DNA of 64,000 nucleotides from an uncultured Collinsella sp. (GTDB taxonomy: Bacteria > Actinomycetota > Coriobacteriia > Coriobacteriales > Coriobacteriaceae). Position 1 is the stretch's first letter. Each line of letters begins with the position of its first letter. The position numbers were made by a program, and so were the translations under genes. The DNA lies in contig CAAECW010000107.1 of NCBI GenBank assembly GCA_900754445.1, positions 14,643 through 78,642 on the forward strand, written 5' to 3'. The notes under the pieces are model-generated. The model saw nothing but the letters and a program-made list of their open reading frames with translations. It searched no databases and was not told where the DNA came from. This document shows, one piece after another, positions 26,927 to 36,411 of this stretch.

Positions 26927-29287
26927 GTGAGGCTCGATACACTCGAGATTGGAAAGGACGCCGTCGTCGCATCGGTGACATCGGACGACCAGGCACTCCG
27001 ACAGCATATTTTGGACATGGGCCTAACGCCGGGCACCGAAGTCACCATGATGAAGTACGCCCCCATGGGTGACCCGCTCGAGATCCGCCTGCGTGGCTAC
27101 GAGTTGACACTGCGTAAGGACGATGCCGCTCGCATCGAGCTCGTGGGTATTCACGACACCGATACGGGTCCGCGCGCTAACGCCGCAATCGGCACGACGG
27201 AGCATCCGGCCCTGGGCGAGGGGACGTATTCGCCCCGTGCGGCAAAGACGGCCGTGCCCGAGGGCGCGCCGCTGCACTTTGCCCTCGCCGGCAACCAAAA
27301 CTGCGGCAAGACCACGTTATTCAACCAGCTGACGGGCTCCAACCAGCACGTCGGTAACTTTCCCGGCGTGACTGTCGACCGCAAAGATGGCACCATCCGT
27401 AACCATCCCGAGGCGAGCGTTACCGATCTGCCTGGCATTTACTCCCTGTCGCCGTACACAGGCGAAGAGGTCGTGAGCCGTCAGTTCATCCTCGACGAGC
27501 GCCCGGACGCCATCATCGACATCATTGACGCTACCAACATCGAGCGTAACCTGTACTTGACACTGCAGCTCATGGAGCTCGACCGCCCCATGGTCATCGC
27601 GCTCAACATGATGGACGAGGTGACCGCCAACGGCGGCGCCGTGGACGTCAACCTGCTCGAGAGCCTGTTGGGCGTGCCCGTTGTTCCCATTAGCGCTGCC
27701 CGCAACGAGGGTATCGGCGAGTTGGTGGACCACGCCCTGCACGTGGCGCGGTTCCGCGAGCGCCCTGGTCGCCTGGACTTTTGCGTGCCCGACGGTCCGG
27801 ACGGCGGTGCGCTGCATCGCTGCATCCACGGCATTGCCAACCTGATCGAGGACCATGCCGTGACGGCGCACATCCCGGTGCGCTTTGCGGCGACCAAGCT
27901 GGTCGAGGGCGATGAGCTGGTAACCGAGGCGCTTCACCTGGATCGCAATGAGCTCGACGCTATCGAGCACATCATTACCCAGATGGAGGGCGAGGCCGGC
28001 ACCGACCGCCTATCTGCGTTGGCCGATATGCGTTTTAGCTTTATCGGCGACGTGTGCGGGCGTTGCGTCGTCAAGCCGCACGAAAGCCGCGAGCACGTGC
28101 GCTCCGTCAAGATTGACCGCATCCTGACAGGTCGTTACACAGCCATTCCGGCGTTTCTGGTGATCATGGGCCTCGTCTTTTGGCTGACGTTTGGCGTGAT
28201 CGGCGCGGCGTTGCAGGGACTCATGGAGGACGGCATCGCTGCCATCATCGCCTCGGCCGATGCGGGCCTCAAGGCGTTCGGCACCAACGACGTAGTGCGC
28301 TCGCTGGCTGTCGACGGCGTGCTTACGGGTGTGGGCAGCGTGCTGACCTTCCTGCCGATTATCGTCGTGCTCTTTTTGTTCCTCTCCATTCTGGAAGACT
28401 CCGGATACATGGCGCGCGTGGCCTTTGTCATGGATAAGGTGTTGCGTCGCTTTGGCCTGTCGGGCCGCAGCTTTGTGCCCATGCTCGTCGGTTTTGGCTG
28501 CACCGTGCCGGCTATCATGTCGACCCGTACGCTCCCATCCGAGCACGACCGCAAGATGACGGTCATGCTCACGCCGTTTATGAGCTGCTCAGCCAAGTTG
28601 CCGGTTTACGGCTTGCTGTGCGGGGCGTTTTTCCCGCAGGCGACGGTTCCCGCCATGGTCTCGCTCTATCTGATCGGTATCGTGGTCGGCTGTATCGCGG
28701 CTTTGGTGCTCAACCGCACGGCATTTAAGGGCGACCCGGTGCCGTTTATCATGGAGCTTCCCAATTACCGCCTGCCGAGCGTCAAGACGACGGTGATGCT
28801 GGCATGGGATAAGGCCAAGGACTTCATCACCAAGGCCTTTACCATTATCTTTGCCGCTACGGTGGTCATCTGGTTCCTGCAGACGTTCGATATCCGCTTT
28901 AATGTGGTCGCCGACCAGTCGCAAAGCCTGCTTGCCGGTCTGGGTAGCATCATCGCGCCGGTGTTGGCCCCGCTCGGCTTTGGCGACTGGCGCGCCTCGA
29001 CGGCGCTCGTCACCGGACTTATCGCCAAGGAGAGTGTCATCTCGACACTCACGGTGCTTTTGGGTGCAACCTCGCCCGCGGCATTGTCAACCATGTTTTC
29101 GCCGTTTACCGCCTACGTGTTCTTGGTCTTTACGCTGCTGTACCCGCCTTGCGTGGCCGCTATCGGCGCTGTCAAGAGCGAGTTGGGCGCGCGCTATGCC
29201 GTGGCCGTATTCGCGTTTCAGGTCGCCGTTGCCTGGATCGTGGCGTTTGTCGTGCATTCGGCGGGCATATTGCTGGGGTTGGCTTAG
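26927..29287 (+). CDS. feoB: Ferrous iron transporter FeoA-FeoB fusion
   Basis: An N-terminal FeoA/SH3-like domain is followed by the FeoB G-domain (GNQNCGKTTLFN, DLPG) and a polytopic membrane domain. I chose the start at GTG 26927 with a GGAGGA RBS. The ORF-track extension back to 26807 would cover the promoter. Confidence 0.88.
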   Translation: MRLDTLEIGKDAVVASVTSDDQALRQHILDMGLTPGTEVTMMKYAPMGDPLEIRLRGYELTLRKDDAARIELVGIHDTDTGPRANAAIGTTEHPALGEGTYSPRAAKTAVPEGAPLHFALAGNQNCGKTTLFNQLTGSNQHVGNFPGVTVDRKDGTIRNHPEASVTDLPGIYSLSPYTGEEVVSRQFILDERPDAIIDIIDATNIERNLYLTLQLMELDRPMVIALNMMDEVTANGGAVDVNLLESLLGVPVVPISAARNEGIGELVDHALHVARFRERPGRLDFCVPDGPDGGALHRCIHGIANLIEDHAVTAHIPVRFAATKLVEGDELVTEALHLDRNELDAIEHIITQMEGEAGTDRLSALADMRFSFIGDVCGRCVVKPHESREHVRSVKIDRILTGRYTAIPAFLVIMGLVFWLTFGVIGAALQGLMEDGIAAIIASADAGLKAFGTNDVVRSLAVDGVLTGVGSVLTFLPIIVVLFLFLSILEDSGYMARVAFVMDKVLRRFGLSGRSFVPMLVGFGCTVPAIMSTRTLPSEHDRKMTVMLTPFMSCSAKLPVYGLLCGAFFPQATVPAMVSLYLIGIVVGCIAALVLNRTAFKGDPVPFIMELPNYRLPSVKTTVMLAWDKAKDFITKAFTIIFAATVVIWFLQTFDIRFNVVADQSQSLLAGLGSIIAPVLAPLGFGDWRASTALVTGLIAKESVISTLTVLLGATSPAALSTMFSPFTAYVFLVFTLLYPPCVAAIGAVKSELGARYAVAVFAFQVAVAWIVAFVVHSAGILLGLA

Positions 29288-29407
29288 TTATGAATTGACG
29301 GCGCAACCTCTGTGTATCGAATTGTTTTCGGCCCCGCATCTGTACTGACGGATGCGGGGCCGTTGCTATATAATCGCCTCCGCTCAAAACGATTGGAGAC
29401 GTTATAT

Positions 29408-30604
29408 ATGACTCAGACAAGGCAAGACGGCATCACGCTCAAGCAGTGGCTCCCACTCGTCGGGCTCACCTGCTGTGCGTTCGTGTTCAACACGTCGGAG
29501 TTTATGCCCATTGGCCTTTTGACTGATATCGCCGCGTCGTTCTCGCTCACCGAGGCCCAGGCGGGCATCATGATCTCGGTCTATGCCTGGGGCGTCATGC
29601 TGCTGTCGCTGCCGCTCATGGTGTTCGCCTCGCGCTTTGAGTTCAAGCGGATGCTGCTGGGCGTGCTGGCTGTGTTCTCGCTCGGTCAGTTCCTGTCCGC
29701 TGTGGCGCCGACCTATCCCATCCTGGTCTGCGCGCGCCTGGTGGTCGCTTGCGCACATGCCGTGTTCTGGTCAGTTGCCTCGATTATGGCCTCGCGCCTG
29801 GTCGACACTCGCCACGGCGCGCTCGCCATCAGCATGATCGCTACGGGCTCGTCCATCGCGCAGATCTTTGGCCTGCCGCTCGGTCGCGCCATTGGCTTGG
29901 CCGTGGGCTGGCGCATGACGTTTGCCGTGGTCGGGGGCCTCTCAGCCATCGCGGTCGTCTACCAGGCAGCGGTGTTCCCGGCCATGCCGGCGGGTGAGCG
30001 CTTTACTGTCAAACAGCTGCCCGAGCTGCTCAAGAACCCGCTCCTCATCGCGCTCTACGCAGTCACGGTCTTCATGGCGACCGGCTATTACGCAAGCTAC
30101 AGCTATATCGAGCCCTTCCTGGCGCAGGTCGCGCACGTCGATGCGGGCGCCATTACCATGACGCTGACGGCGTTTGGCTGCTCTGGTTTGCTCGGAAGCT
30201 GGCTGTTTGGCCGCCTGTTCGATGGGCATCGCTTCCCGTTCTTGGCTATCACGCTCTCCGGCGTGCCGGTGGCCCTGCTGCTCATGGGGCCGGCCGCATC
30301 GTCGCTCGTGACAGTGCTTGCCGTCTGCGCACTGTGGGGTTGCTGCGCCACGGCCTTTAACGTGGCGTTTCAGGCCGAGCTCATCAAGCACACGCCGGCA
30401 GATTCGTCGGCCGTCGCCATGTCGATCTTCTCGGGCCTGTTCAACCTCGGTATCGGCACGGGTACCGCGATCGGCGGAGCCGTGGTTTCGGGTCCCGGTA
30501 TCGCCTGGATCGGCTTTGTGGGCGGGGCGATTGCCGTCGTGGGCGTCATCCTCGCCATCACCGTGCTGTTTCCGGCCATCCGCCGCGCCAAGCCCGTCGC
30601 CTAA
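29408..30604 (+). CDS. MFS transporter (sugar-efflux SotB/YdeA-like)
   Basis: 12-TM MFS with the GxxxDRxGRR-like loop. I chose the start at MTQTRQDG. Confidence 0.75.
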   Translation: MTQTRQDGITLKQWLPLVGLTCCAFVFNTSEFMPIGLLTDIAASFSLTEAQAGIMISVYAWGVMLLSLPLMVFASRFEFKRMLLGVLAVFSLGQFLSAVAPTYPILVCARLVVACAHAVFWSVASIMASRLVDTRHGALAISMIATGSSIAQIFGLPLGRAIGLAVGWRMTFAVVGGLSAIAVVYQAAVFPAMPAGERFTVKQLPELLKNPLLIALYAVTVFMATGYYASYSYIEPFLAQVAHVDAGAITMTLTAFGCSGLLGSWLFGRLFDGHRFPFLAITLSGVPVALLLMGPAASSLVTVLAVCALWGCCATAFNVAFQAELIKHTPADSSAVAMSIFSGLFNLGIGTGTAIGGAVVSGPGIAWIGFVGGAIAVVGVILAITVLFPAIRRAKPVA

Positions 30605-30621
30605 CCATATCCCCTCATCAG

Positions 30622-30690
30622 TTGCGGTGAAATACGGATTGTTTAGCCCAATAAACCTGGCAAACAGTCCGTATTTCACCGCAACTTATT
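30622..30690 (+). terminator. Rho-independent terminator after the MFS gene. It shares the GTTGCGGTGAAATA stem base with 26487-26550
   Basis: CAGTTGCGGTGAAATACGGATTG-N25-CAGTCCGTATTTCACCGCAACTT followed by ATTTTGGGG. Confidence 0.7.
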
Positions 30691-30757
30691 TTGGGGAAGG
30701 GGGTGCACGCTGGGCATACAATGGATGTCGTTGTGTTGAGCTTACCGGGAGGTTGCT

Positions 30758-32134
30758 ATGTGGGCATACGAGACGACGTTCTATCAGATCTATCCGCTGG
30801 GCTTTTGTGGAGCTCCGCGCGAAAACGCCGCCCCTGTTGCCGAGGATGAGCTCGCCCAGGCCGCCGATGCCACAGCTAGCCCCGATGCGCCCATCATGAA
30901 GATTGCCAAATGGGCCGACTACCTGCAGGAACTCGGCGTTGGCACTGTGCTCATCAACCCGCCGCTCGAGTCCGATAGCCACGGCTACGATACGCGCAGC
31001 CTGCGCCATATCGACCGCCGCCTGGGTGGGGATGTCGACTTTGCCGCCGTGTGCGACACACTGCATGCCCACGGTATCCGCGTGGTGCTCGATGCCGTCT
31101 TCAACCACGTCGGCCGCGGTTTTTGGGCCTTCCGCGATGTGCAGGAGCGCAAGTGGGATTCGCCGTACAAGGATTGGTTCCACATCAGCTTTGACGGTGA
31201 CTCGTGCTACGGCGACGGCTTTTGGTATGAGGGCTGGGAGGGCCATTTTGAGCTTGTGAAGCTCAACCTGCAAAACCCCGCCGTGGTCAATTACCTGCTT
31301 GAGTCCGTGCGTCGCTGGGCCGAGGTCTTTGGCGTCGACGGCCTGCGCTTGGACGTTGCCTATATGCTCGACCGCGACTTCATGCGCCGCCTGCACGCTT
31401 TTACCCGTGAGCTCAAGCCCGACTTTGTGCTGATTGGCGAGACGCTCCACGGCGACTACAACCAAATCGTCAACGACGAGATGCTCGACTCCTGCACCAA
31501 CTACGAGTGCTACAAGGGCCTGTACTCCAGCTTTAACTCGGTCAACATGTTCGAGATCGCCCATTCGCTGCATCGCCAGTTTGGCGGCGACCCCTGGTGC
31601 ATCTACCGCGGCAAACACCTGCTGTCGTTTGTCGACAACCACGACGTGCCGCGCCTGGCGAGCATCCTCACCGACAAGTCGTGCCTGCGTCCCGCCTATG
31701 GCATGCTCTTTGGCATGCCGGGCATTCCGTGCGTCTACTATGGCAGCGAGTGGGGAATTGCTGGTGAAAAGGGCGGCCCCGATGGCGACTGGGCGCTGCG
31801 CCCTGCGCTCGATGAGCCTGCGCCCAACGAGCTGACGGCCTTCATCACGCAGCTGGCGCACCTGCGCTCGGCAAACGACGCGGCGGCCCGTGCTCTCAAC
31901 TACGGTGCCTATCGCAATGTGGTGATCCAGAACAAGCAGCTGCTGTTCGAGCGCGCCTGCGACGACGCGACGGTGCTCGTGGCGGTGAACGCCGTGGACG
32001 AGCCTTACACCTTTGGCGCCGGCGAGCTCAACGGCTCCTTTGTCGATTTGCTTGCCGACGGCGTGCCCACGGTCGAGCTGGCGGGCTCCCTTGAGCTTGC
32101 GCCCTACGAGGTGCGCTATCTGTTGAGGGCCTAG
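30758..32134 (+). CDS. Glycoside hydrolase family 13 (alpha-amylase-family) enzyme, cytoplasmic
   Basis: GH13 conserved regions: DAVFNHVG, GVDGLRLDVAYML, LIGETLHGD and FVDNHDVPR. Confidence 0.8.
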   Translation: MWAYETTFYQIYPLGFCGAPRENAAPVAEDELAQAADATASPDAPIMKIAKWADYLQELGVGTVLINPPLESDSHGYDTRSLRHIDRRLGGDVDFAAVCDTLHAHGIRVVLDAVFNHVGRGFWAFRDVQERKWDSPYKDWFHISFDGDSCYGDGFWYEGWEGHFELVKLNLQNPAVVNYLLESVRRWAEVFGVDGLRLDVAYMLDRDFMRRLHAFTRELKPDFVLIGETLHGDYNQIVNDEMLDSCTNYECYKGLYSSFNSVNMFEIAHSLHRQFGGDPWCIYRGKHLLSFVDNHDVPRLASILTDKSCLRPAYGMLFGMPGIPCVYYGSEWGIAGEKGGPDGDWALRPALDEPAPNELTAFITQLAHLRSANDAAARALNYGAYRNVVIQNKQLLFERACDDATVLVAVNAVDEPYTFGAGELNGSFVDLLADGVPTVELAGSLELAPYEVRYLLRA

Positions 32135-32137
32135 GCC

Positions 32138-32707
32138 ATGGCAGCGTCTGACGAGGGCTATCAACATATTGAGCATGGGTTTGAGCCCGTGTTCGACCAG
32201 CACTCGCGCGTTTTGGTGCTCGGATCGTTTCCCTCGGTGCTGTCGCGCGCTAATGCCTTTTATTACGGCAACCCTCAGAATCGCTTTTGGCGTGTGATGG
32301 CCACGTGCCTCGGTATGCCTGTGCCGCCCAACGAGGGCGATCCTTTGGCAAGCGGTGAGCCCGCGACGCTCGATGCCTCCATTGCCGCCAAGCGGGCCAT
32401 GCTGCTGAACGGCGGCGTGGCCCTGTGGGATGCAATCGAGAGCTGCGACATTAAGGGCTCGAGCGACGCGAGCATCCGCAACGTTGTGCCGGCACATATC
32501 GAGCGCATTACCGGCGCAGCTCCCATTGAGCAGGTGATATGCAACGGTGGTACAGCTGGCCGGCTCTACAAGCGCTATCTACAAGAGCGCACCGGGCTGC
32601 CGGCCATCGTTCTGCCGTCGACAAGTCCCGCCAATGCGGCGTGGCGTCTGGAACGCCTTGTCGAGCGTTGGAGCGGCGCCGCTGATTGGCAGGCTTTTTC
32701 GATTTAG
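32138..32707 (+). CDS. DNA-deoxyinosine glycosylase-like protein (UDG-superfamily hypoxanthine/mismatch glycosylase)
   Basis: VLVLGSFPSVLS...FYYGNPQNRFW N-terminal motifs are typical of this small UDG-family clade. Confidence 0.6.
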   Translation: MAASDEGYQHIEHGFEPVFDQHSRVLVLGSFPSVLSRANAFYYGNPQNRFWRVMATCLGMPVPPNEGDPLASGEPATLDASIAAKRAMLLNGGVALWDAIESCDIKGSSDASIRNVVPAHIERITGAAPIEQVICNGGTAGRLYKRYLQERTGLPAIVLPSTSPANAAWRLERLVERWSGAADWQAFSI

Positions 32708-33360
32708 CAGTTTGAGTGCTCGGCAAGATGCCTCATAACGGCGTGCCAGATCGGTGTGGGCAGTGCAGGCGTGGCGCGCACCATGCCGTCGGTGTCGACG
32801 CCGCCCGTTGCGGCGCCACTGAGCTTCTGCGCGTGTTCGACGGAACACCCCATACGAACGGCGCCCACGAGCTTGTCCATGGCCTCCGAAAACGGTCGCC
32901 GCAAGAGTCCCATGCGCGGGGAGCGACGAAGCGCCGCAATGCCGCTGCCAGCGCAGATGGCAACGCCGCCACACCACAATTGGTTATGGCGCTCACATGC
33001 CTTGTGCAGGCGAACGGCGGTCTCACGCGCCTGCTCAGTGCCCTGTTGTGCGGCTCGAATCGCGGCGTAGACACGCGTTCCCGTACCGCCAAAGCGCTCA
33101 AGCGCCTGCTCGATGGCTGTCAACGTCTTATCGTCAGCCACATCTTCAATGGCCAGCACGATGCCATCGGCAACGCTGCCGGCGTCATTTGCCTTCAAGT
33201 CGACCGGGTGGGGGAGTGCGGTGCCGGAAAGCTGTGCATAGGCGGTGATGGCATCCTGCAGGTCCCAGAGCAAAAACTCAAGATCGTCGCTATTGGGAAT
33301 GCTGATATACGCAATGGTTTGCAGTGTTTTTGGTACATCGCCGCGTGCGGTCGTCTCCAT
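32704..33360 (-). CDS. Hypothetical protein (218 aa)
   Basis: Protein-like composition and a good RBS (AAAGGAGG, 5 nt from the ATG). It converges on the glycosylase gene with a 4-nt overlap. The overlapping plus-strand ORF 32716-33429 is Arg-rich antisense noise. Confidence 0.55.
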   Translation of the reverse strand: METTARGDVPKTLQTIAYISIPNSDDLEFLLWDLQDAITAYAQLSGTALPHPVDLKANDAGSVADGIVLAIEDVADDKTLTAIEQALERFGGTGTRVYAAIRAAQQGTEQARETAVRLHKACERHNQLWCGGVAICAGSGIAALRRSPRMGLLRRPFSEAMDKLVGAVRMGCSVEHAQKLSGAATGGVDTDGMVRATPALPTPIWHAVMRHLAEHSNC

Positions 33361-33453
33361 GCTGCCTCCTTTCCGGTTGGTTTCCGTTTAGGTTACACCG
33401 TCTGGTGGCGCCCCGCCGCGCTATCCTAGTGCAACCCTTACGAAAGGAACGCC

Positions 33454-34590
33454 ATGCGTCTGCCCATGAATACCTCGCTTGCCACGCTCAAGCCCTCCGG
33501 CATCCGTCGGATTAACGCGCTCGCCGCCCAGCATCCGGGGTGCATCGCGCTCGCGCTCGGCGAGCCCGATTTTCCCACGCCCGATGTGATTAGCGCCGAG
33601 GTGACCGCCGCACTGGACCGCGGCGACACGCACTATCCGCCCAACAACGGTCGCCCCGCCCTGCGTGAGGCGTTATCTGCCTACATGGGGGATGCGGGCC
33701 TTACGTTTTCGGCGGACGAGGTCATTCTGACCGACGGTGCGACCGAGGCCCTGTCGGCAGCATTCATGGCTATGCTCAACCCAGGCGACGAGGTCATTAT
33801 TCCCACGCCGGCCTTTGGCCTGTACGAGAGCATCGTCGTGGCCAATCACGCCAAGGCGGTCTTTTTGGATACGGAGCCTGCGCAATTCCAGATTGACGAG
33901 GACGCACTTCGTGCTTACGTGACGCCGGCGACCAAGGCCATCGTCATCTGCTCGCCCAACAATCCTACGGGTTGCATCCTCAACACGGCGTCGCTCGACG
34001 CCGTGGCGCGCGTGGCGGAGGAGGCGGGCATCTACGTGGTCTGCGACGATGTATACAACCGCCTGGTCTACGTGGACGGCTACGAGCGCTTTGCCCAGCG
34101 CCACCCGGAGCTACGCGAGCAGACGGTAGTCATCGAGAGCTTCTCCAAACCCTGGGCCATGACCGGCTGGCGTTTGGGCTGGCTCGCAGCCGCAGCCCCC
34201 GTCATCGCCGAGATCGCAAAGGCCCACCAATACTTAGTATCGAGCGCCGTCTCCTTCGAAATGGACGCCGCAGCCCGAGCCCTCACCGTCGACCCAACTC
34301 CCATGCTCGAAGTCTACCGAGCCCGTCGCGAACGCGTACTCGCAGCCTTAGACGCCATGGGCCTCGACGTAGTAGAGCCCGCAGGAGCCTTCTACACTTT
34401 CCCGAGCATCAAAAAGTTCGGCCTAACCAGCGAAGACTTCTGCATCAAAGCCATCAAAGAGGCAAACGTAGCCCTAGTCCCGGGCGACTGTTTCGGAACC
34501 GAAGGCCACATCCGCCTAAGCTACTGCGTCTCCGACGAAAACCTGGACGAAGGCCTCCGCCGCCTGTCCACCTTCATTTCAACCTTGTAG
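33454..34590 (+). CDS. Pyridoxal-phosphate-dependent aminotransferase, class I (aspartate/aromatic aminotransferase family)
   Basis: The SFSKPWAMTGWRLGW PLP-lysine region is present with the fold-type I layout. Confidence 0.85.
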   Translation: MRLPMNTSLATLKPSGIRRINALAAQHPGCIALALGEPDFPTPDVISAEVTAALDRGDTHYPPNNGRPALREALSAYMGDAGLTFSADEVILTDGATEALSAAFMAMLNPGDEVIIPTPAFGLYESIVVANHAKAVFLDTEPAQFQIDEDALRAYVTPATKAIVICSPNNPTGCILNTASLDAVARVAEEAGIYVVCDDVYNRLVYVDGYERFAQRHPELREQTVVIESFSKPWAMTGWRLGWLAAAAPVIAEIAKAHQYLVSSAVSFEMDAAARALTVDPTPMLEVYRARRERVLAALDAMGLDVVEPAGAFYTFPSIKKFGLTSEDFCIKAIKEANVALVPGDCFGTEGHIRLSYCVSDENLDEGLRRLSTFISTL

Positions 34591-34652
34591 CCCTCAGGGA
34601 TGCAACACATCAGCCCACCGACTTAAGGCTTATGAGTGGGGGCGTCGGCCAA

Positions 34653-34852
34653 CGGGAAACCGGGCTGCCCCAAAGTCACCGCAGGCCGCGCCGCCGAAGG
34701 CCAGGCGCAAGGTTTTCGTAGATTCCGCACGAGCCGAAGAGCACTTAATGTGCTCTTCGTGCGAGCCCAGGACCTGACCGAGCGAAAACCTTGCGCCTGG
34801 CCTTCGGCGGCGCGGCCGGATGGTGGAATTGTGTGCAGCCCGGTTTTCCGTT
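34653..34852. repeat. Structured repeat element copy 1: nested long inverted repeats around the conserved core TTCCGCACGAGCCGAAGAGCAC-TTAAT-GTGCTCTTCGTGCGAGCCCAGGAC
   Basis: Outer 15-bp arms GGGAAACCGGGCTGC/GCAGCCCGGTTTTCC and perfect 35-bp middle arms (34688-34722 and 34788-34822). The central hairpin CGAAGAGCAC-TTAAT-GTGCTCTTCG is part of the core. A second copy is at 47627-47766. Confidence 0.75.
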
Positions 34853-34859
34853 GACCGAC

Positions 34860-35095
34860 GCCGGGGTCCCCGCCATAATACTTTCGGTTCACGCACGAAT
34901 CCGCTGCCAGAGACAGCCGGCGCAAACGGGTCTTACCCGCGAGCTTAATGGGACTTCCCGCCAGCCGAGGTGGTCGAGTAGATATGTCTTCTCGCCCCCG
35001 TCGCTCATGCAGCGCGGGGGCTTTCTTTTTGGACATGCCCCCGTCACGTCCTTGTGGCGGACCGTGCCCGGAAAGAATTCGAGGAGGTGTAATTC
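34860..35095 (+). promoter_or_regulatory. rplJ 5' leader (likely the L10(L12)4 autoregulatory leader and promoter region)
   Basis: A GC-rich untranslated region of about 235 nt lies directly upstream of rplJ. Its position matches the ribosomal-protein L10 leader found in many bacteria. Confidence 0.35.
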
Positions 35096-35617
35096 ATGCC
35101 CCAGCAGTACAAAATCGACAAGGTTGCAGAGATCGAGTCCCGTATCGCCGAGAACGCCGGTCTGTTCGTCGTCAACTACAACGGTCTGACGGTTAAGCAG
35201 GCTCAGGAGCTGCGTCATCAGCTTCGCGAGTGCGGCGCCGAGATGAAGGTCTACAAGAACAACCTGGTCAAGATCGCTCTCAAGAACCAGGAGCAGCCCG
35301 AGCTCGACGAGATCCTCGCCGGCCCCGTCGCTTATGTGTTCTACGAGTCCGAGCCGGTCGAGGCCGCTAAGGCCCTTAAGGACTTCTCCGCTAAGTCCAA
35401 GGGCGTCCTTGAGATCAAGGGCGGTATCTCCGACGGCAAGGCCGTTTCCGCTGATGATGTTAAGGCTATCGCCGAGCTGCCCACCAAGGATCAGCTTCTC
35501 GGCCAGATCGCCGGTCTCATCTCCGGTTTCGCTCGCGACATCGCTGTCTGCGTCAACGGCGTTTCCTCTGGTCTCGCTCGTTCGATCCAGCAGGTCTCCG
35601 AGCAGAAGGCAGCCTAG
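35096..35617 (+). CDS. rplJ: 50S ribosomal protein L10
   Basis: MPQQYKIDKVAEIESRIAENAGLFVVNYNGLTVKQAQELR. Confidence 0.93.
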   Translation: MPQQYKIDKVAEIESRIAENAGLFVVNYNGLTVKQAQELRHQLRECGAEMKVYKNNLVKIALKNQEQPELDEILAGPVAYVFYESEPVEAAKALKDFSAKSKGVLEIKGGISDGKAVSADDVKAIAELPTKDQLLGQIAGLISGFARDIAVCVNGVSSGLARSIQQVSEQKAA

Positions 35618-35719
35618 TTGCTGTTTTCACCCGCGGCGGCAACGCCGCACCCCTGGCGCATTCGCGTCGTGTTTTAACTGATCTCCGTGCATCCGCACGG
35701 AAACCGAAAGGACTTAGAA

Positions 35720-36097
35720 ATGGCTAAGCTTACCACCGATGAGATCATCGATGCTCTTAAGGAAATGACCCTTCTCGAGGCTTCCGAGCTCGTCAAGGCT
35801 ATCGAGGACACCTTCGGCGTTTCCGCCGCTGCTCCTGCCGCTGTTGTCGCCGCTCCCGCTGCTGGCGCTGCTGAGGCCGAGGAGAAGACCGAGTTTGACG
35901 TCGTGCTCGAGGGCTTCGGCGACAACAAGATCCAGGTCATCAAGGCCGTCCGTGAGCTCACCAACCTTGGCCTGAAGGAGGCCAAGGAGGTCGTCGAGGG
36001 CGCTCCCAAGGCTGTTCTCGAGGGTGCCAAGAAGGAGGACGCCGAGGCTGCCAAGGAGAAGCTCGAGGCTGCTGGCGCTGCTGTCACCCTCAAGTAA
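35720..36097 (+). CDS. rplL: 50S ribosomal protein L7/L12
   Basis: [41 protein letters not shown]... The Ala/Pro hinge and CTD are present. I chose the start at 35720. Confidence 0.93.
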   Translation: MAKLTTDEIIDALKEMTLLEASELVKAIEDTFGVSAAAPAAVVAAPAAGAAEAEEKTEFDVVLEGFGDNKIQVIKAVRELTNLGLKEAKEVVEGAPKAVLEGAKKEDAEAAKEKLEAAGAAVTLK

Positions 36098-36125
36098 TCA
36101 GGCTTTCTCGCCAGATTTCTTTGCA

Positions 36126-36165
36126 GACGGGGTTCGCATTGCGAGCCCCGTCTTTTTTGTTTTTC
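36126..36165 (+). terminator. Rho-independent terminator after rplL
   Basis: GACGGGGTTCGC-att-GCGAGCCCCGTC followed by TTTTTTGTTTTT. Confidence 0.85.
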
Positions 36166-36411
36166 GGTCCCTCGACATCGGTAGCTCAAACTGCCATGTT
36201 CTGTGATTTGCGTCGTATCGGGCACCCTGCCGTTGGGCAATAAAATTGCACCATTCGAGCAATAATTTGCGTTGACCTGCTGAAGAATTGTCTCTGCCTT
36301 GTAGCGACATATAGTTCCAGCGGTAAGATGCTTAGGTATCGCAATTTGGTCTGCGGCTGTGTGCCGCACGCATGGGGCGCTTTTGCGCCTGCGAAAGGAT
36401 CTTTGAATAAC

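Noticed and set aside
32716-33429. 237-aa plus-strand ORF
   Set aside because: Arg/Ala/Gly-rich antisense of the better-supported minus-strand gene 32704-33360, which has a strong RBS.
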